Below are positions 6,118 to 7,224 of a stretch of DNA of 7,224 nucleotides, piece by piece. The stretch spans positions 1 to 7,224 of the forward strand of contig NW_021828990.1 in assembly GCF_006345805.1 (NCBI RefSeq). The letters run 5' to 3'. A program made the translations under genes and the position numbers. The notes below the pieces were generated by a model, which worked only from the letters and a program-made list of their open reading frames with translations, had not been told where the DNA came from and did not search any database. Position 1 is the stretch's first letter. Each line of letters starts with the position of its first letter. The stretch comes from Octopus sinensis (Eukaryota).

Positions 6118-6275
6118 CACTGAAATTCTATATACCGTTGACGGAAAATTCGGCTGTTATGTCAGTGCTGGATGTCTGTCACTGAGGAGCCCAGACCAGA
6201 GTGAAATCACGGGATCTGACAGTTCTGGTGGCCGTGACAGATGATTCTCATCCGTCAACGATATAATTTCGAGTG
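6118..6275 (+). ncRNA. Type I hammerhead ribozyme 2 (core 6176-6222) at the tip of a ~44-bp imperfect rod
   Basis: Stem I CUGUCA (6176-6181)/UGACAG (6217-6222); CUGAGGA (6182-6188); weak stem II (G.U, C-G, C.A, C-G; loop AGACCA); GAAA (6203-6206); stem III AUC/GAU with loop ACGG; AUC triplet with predicted cleavage after C6216. Extensions: 6166-6172/6224-6230, 6154-6161/6233-6240, perfect 10 bp 6136-6145/6251-6260, then UAUA, GAAAU and CACU helices. Confidence 0.8.
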
Positions 6276-6278
6276 CTT

Positions 6279-6290
6279 TCATGTATCATG
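6279..6290. repeat. Target-site duplication, left copy (TCATGTATCATG); right copy TCATGTACCATG at 6698-6709
   Basis: An 11/12 direct repeat precisely bracketing the GC-rich 6291-6697 insert. Confidence 0.8.
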
Positions 6291-6697
6291 TCTTGTACTT
6301 GTACTTGTACTTGCGACGGCCTTCACCCAGGGCGGGTTGAGCCGGCTTCTTCTCTGATCCTGACGGAGTAGGATTCATAGAAGTTTCGTGGGAATATTGA
6401 ATTCACAAGCGGTCCCCAACATACCGCATGCATATCCCGAATGACGGGACACCCCCCACAGATGCAGGGACTGAACAACCTTGAAGCCGCCGGTTGCCGA
6501 TCAGACGCCTCTTGGAATTTTCCCCAGAGCCCCGTTGTCCAGGCTGCGACCCTAATACCGTTCGGTGCCTGACCAATCCGCCTTGGGTGGCCCTACCAGG
6601 AACCGAAGTTCCCGACGGCATAGTTCTGACACTGCCCGTTTACACCACCCTACCGCTTTGAGGAGGGGTTGGACTTTAGGGAGGAAAGTCCAACCCC
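6291..6697 (-). mobile_element. Non-autonomous RTE-related retroelement (407 bp) with (AAGTAC)n tail and 12-bp TSD
   Basis: The minus strand ends ...GGCCGTCGC-AAGTAC-AAGTAC-AAGTAC-AAGA; short tandem 3' tails are typical of RTE-clade LINEs. The 5' part has CTATGCCGTC...GTAGGGCCACCCAAGGCGGATTGGTCA, matching the RTE 5'-UTR motif as I recall it from BovB (CCATGCCGTGTAGGGCCACCCAAGACGGACGGGTCATGG). No RT ORF; clearly GC-richer than its flanks. Confidence 0.82.
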
Positions 6698-7201
6698 TCA
6701 TGTACCATGAGTCCTTATGTGAGATATTTTCAGGGCAAATAACGCAGTATTGTGCTCTAACATAATCTTTATGTTAAGTTGGGGATCAAGATTACATTTT
6801 GGTATTAATAAACCTTATGTCTCTGTTAATTATTTTTTTTAACGGTACAAAATTCCAAAGTTTTCCGGAGAAAAACAAGGAAAGTAATCCGGTAGGTGTT
6901 AAGTCCTGAATTAGAAACCGGTTGAAGAGACGGCTGAGTTAACAAAACTTAATTGAAAGCGAGTGTTTACTCTGGTGAAAGTGGTCGTAGTGTTTCTATG
7001 AAGGTGAAAGTGAAGAGATTCAGGAACATTTTCTCTCACCTTGATGTTATTAAGTCAACAGTTATTTGGTGTCTTCGTTAGTGGAGACAGTTCCATTGTT
7101 GACCATGGAAACAAACTTCATTCTTTCTTGTGTTTATATACATCAGGCAGATGAAACACTTGCTACCAAAGCGCGACACATTGACGGCTTTGACGTGATT
7201 G

Positions 7202-7224
7202 CTTCTTCTTCTTCTTCTTCTTCT
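7202..7224. repeat. (CTT)n microsatellite running off the window end
   Basis: Direct inspection. Confidence 0.95.

Noticed and set aside
6403-6765. ORFs 6403..6621 (-) and 6565..6765 (+)
   Set aside because: They are short frames inside the GC-rich RTE-related non-coding element, with no RT or endonuclease motifs.
6962-7081. SVYSGESGRSVSMKVK as a GIY-YIG (YIGETGR-like) motif of a Penelope element downstream of HHR2
   Set aside because: There is an in-frame stop just upstream, and no GVVY/CxxC or RxxEH motifs. The resemblance is too short to support; a profile-HMM search of 6710-7200 would settle it.
1-7224. CRISPR array, prokaryotic operon or rRNA
   Set aside because: No repeat-spacer periodicity, no gene-dense coding and no rRNA-like sequence; the composition is that of repeat-rich animal DNA.

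Overview
AT-rich, microsatellite-dense eukaryotic non-coding DNA. Its repeat content (tRNA-head SINEs with (ATT)n tails, CORE-like SINEs, long AAT/GAA/AT/CA arrays) resembles what I recall of octopus or other coleoid cephalopod genomes; this is an inference, not a database result. I find no intact protein-coding gene, and nearly all listed ORFs are microsatellite translations. The window is a mosaic of mobile-element relics: (i) 1-1457, an (AAT)n array holding two different 5'-truncated R4/Dong-like non-LTR retrotransposon ends (one with a readable restriction-like endonuclease domain) and an unclassified non-coding insert; (ii) three copies of one SINE family and two of a CORE-like SINE; (iii) a ~174-bp fold-back element and hAT-type MITE ends; (iv) a 407-bp non-coding RTE-related retroelement with a 12-bp target-site duplication. 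The most notable signals are RNA-structural: two unrelated type I hammerhead ribozymes on the + strand (cores 2377-2419 and 6176-6222), each at the tip of a ~140-160-nt imperfect rod, and a compact, possibly double-pseudoknotted motif near the 5' end of the RTE-related element. All folds were derived by hand and none has been tested.
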